Assembly: GCA_964016885.1 (NCBI GenBank)
Contig: OZ024740.1
Location: 57,722,001 to 57,786,000 of the forward strand
Origin: Eledone cirrhosa
Taxonomy: Eukaryota
Reading direction: 5' to 3'
Length of the DNA: 64,000 nucleotides
Shown here piece by piece: positions 62,577 through 64,000 of the stretch. The number at the start of each line of letters is the position of its first letter. Position 1 is the stretch's first letter. The position numbers and the translations under genes were made by a program. The notes under the pieces were generated by a model that ran no database searches, was not told where the DNA came from, and worked only from the letters and a program-made list of their open reading frames with translations.

Positions 62577-64000
62577 GTTGTGAAGCGAACCTCTTAACAA
62601 CACGACCATGTATTACACAAATCTGTATGCATTTTTATTCATTTCATTCAGAGGGTTTGCAGTTGTTAAGTAGTATTTCAGCTACCAATTTTATCAATTA
62701 CATTTACTGCATATACTTGTGTACAAGACACACAGCTTTTCCTACAAAAATGCAATGTGAAAAACCAACATTTAACTTATCAACTGGACATACAAAACCT
62801 CAAATCAAAATATATAGTGCATCATAAATGTATGTAAAATGAAGGTACAACTTATATGCTGCTAGTGCTGGTGCAACAATAATATGCACTCCATGCACTC
62901 TGCAGAGTGCGAGAACATATGTAAGCAAGATGCTTGCTTGCGAGCTCAGGCTCCAAATAAGTGCCGACTTGGTCTGTGACAACCTATCCAACCATCGCTA
63001 GCTGGGAAAATGATGATGATGATCATATGGTATTTATAAGGCTCTACAAGGTTGGTCAACCCACAACAGATAGCAGTCAAATCCCTCTCAAATCACACCC
63101 TAGAGTAAAAGAAATATAAGGACATATTTAATAATGTAATCATAGAGACCCCTAAAATGACAAGAAAGCCACAGCTGATCATAGGTCTGTTTAATCAAAG
63201 TAGACTTGGGGATAAACTGTAGCTATTTCTTCTTGGAAATATACCGATTATTCTCTTGGAAAATGAACTGCAAAGCAATTCACTGCATGTCACCTGTCAT
63301 CCAACACAATTTCTAATAGCCCCAATAAAGCATCTAGTTATCTAAATATTTCTGAATTTATGTATCACATCACCAATGTGTTGGAACTCTACTGCTGCCT
63401 TGGTGGCTTTTAATGAATGGCAAAATTATGTTTATATGATGGGTATATTTTCTGATCAGGCATTTACTTGATATGAAACAACAAATTGATTATCAAGGAT
63501 AGCATGTCTCCAACTTGTACTACCTTTAAACAATACAATGGTTACCCATTGACAATAGTAACAGTGTGATCTTGCAGTAAGAGGGAGGAAATCTTCATAC
63601 ATATTCTATTTTCTATAGCGGACATTCAAATTTAGGAAACCACATGGATTACAGATCATTGTGTTTATAACTAATTCATGCAATTGAAACTCACTCCTCT
63701 AGTGAGAAATTTTCTGCATAAATGAGGCAGTGAATCAATATAATTATCAATGTTAATCTTATTGCTGTCATTCAAGATGAAAAGCATGTGAGTAGGAGGC
63801 AATCCATGTTTTAGAAATACAATAGTTAGTATAAATACCCAGGAAACCATCTGGACAGTAAATCATAATGATGAATAAATCCAGCTTACCAAATTTAATA
63901 ATAATGGCCATTACATTTTATCACACAAGTTACTTAACACATTTCCTGATCTGCAAATTCATTAATATGATCTATTGTTCATCTATACTGCCCAACACTT

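Overview
AT-rich, repeat-dense eukaryotic DNA with no host-gene exon I can support. The SINE/RTE families and microsatellite load look like a coleoid cephalopod (Octopus-like); this is an inference from repeat families only. The centrepiece is a near full-length RTE-clade LINE (family A, about 36.3-39.6 kb, +). Its single APE-endonuclease/RT frame of 1022 codons is broken only by one in-frame TAG at a conserved Trp position, and a C4HC3 PHD-type finger is inserted inside the RT. Around it are 5'-truncated RTE copies from other families, a CR1-clade fragment, a Vingi-like fragment, a CRE-like fragment and a Penelope-like end with a hammerhead core. There are also at least three tRNA-derived SINE families, hAT, Tc1/mariner and TTAA (piggyBac-type) MITEs, and a non-autonomous Helitron. 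Most notable observations: (1) the PHD finger embedded in the RT; (2) a tandemly iterated, covarying H-type pseudoknot shared by RTE 5'UTR, RTE 3'UTRs and SINE bodies; (3) a SINE that swapped its 3' tail between two LINE partners at a 5-nt microhomology; (4) a UAG-for-UGG stop that A-to-I editing could in principle repair; (5) recurrent fold-back or templated DNA at the 5' junctions of retro-insertions. Boundaries were read by eye and are approximate unless a TSD or TIR is quoted. No database searches were run.
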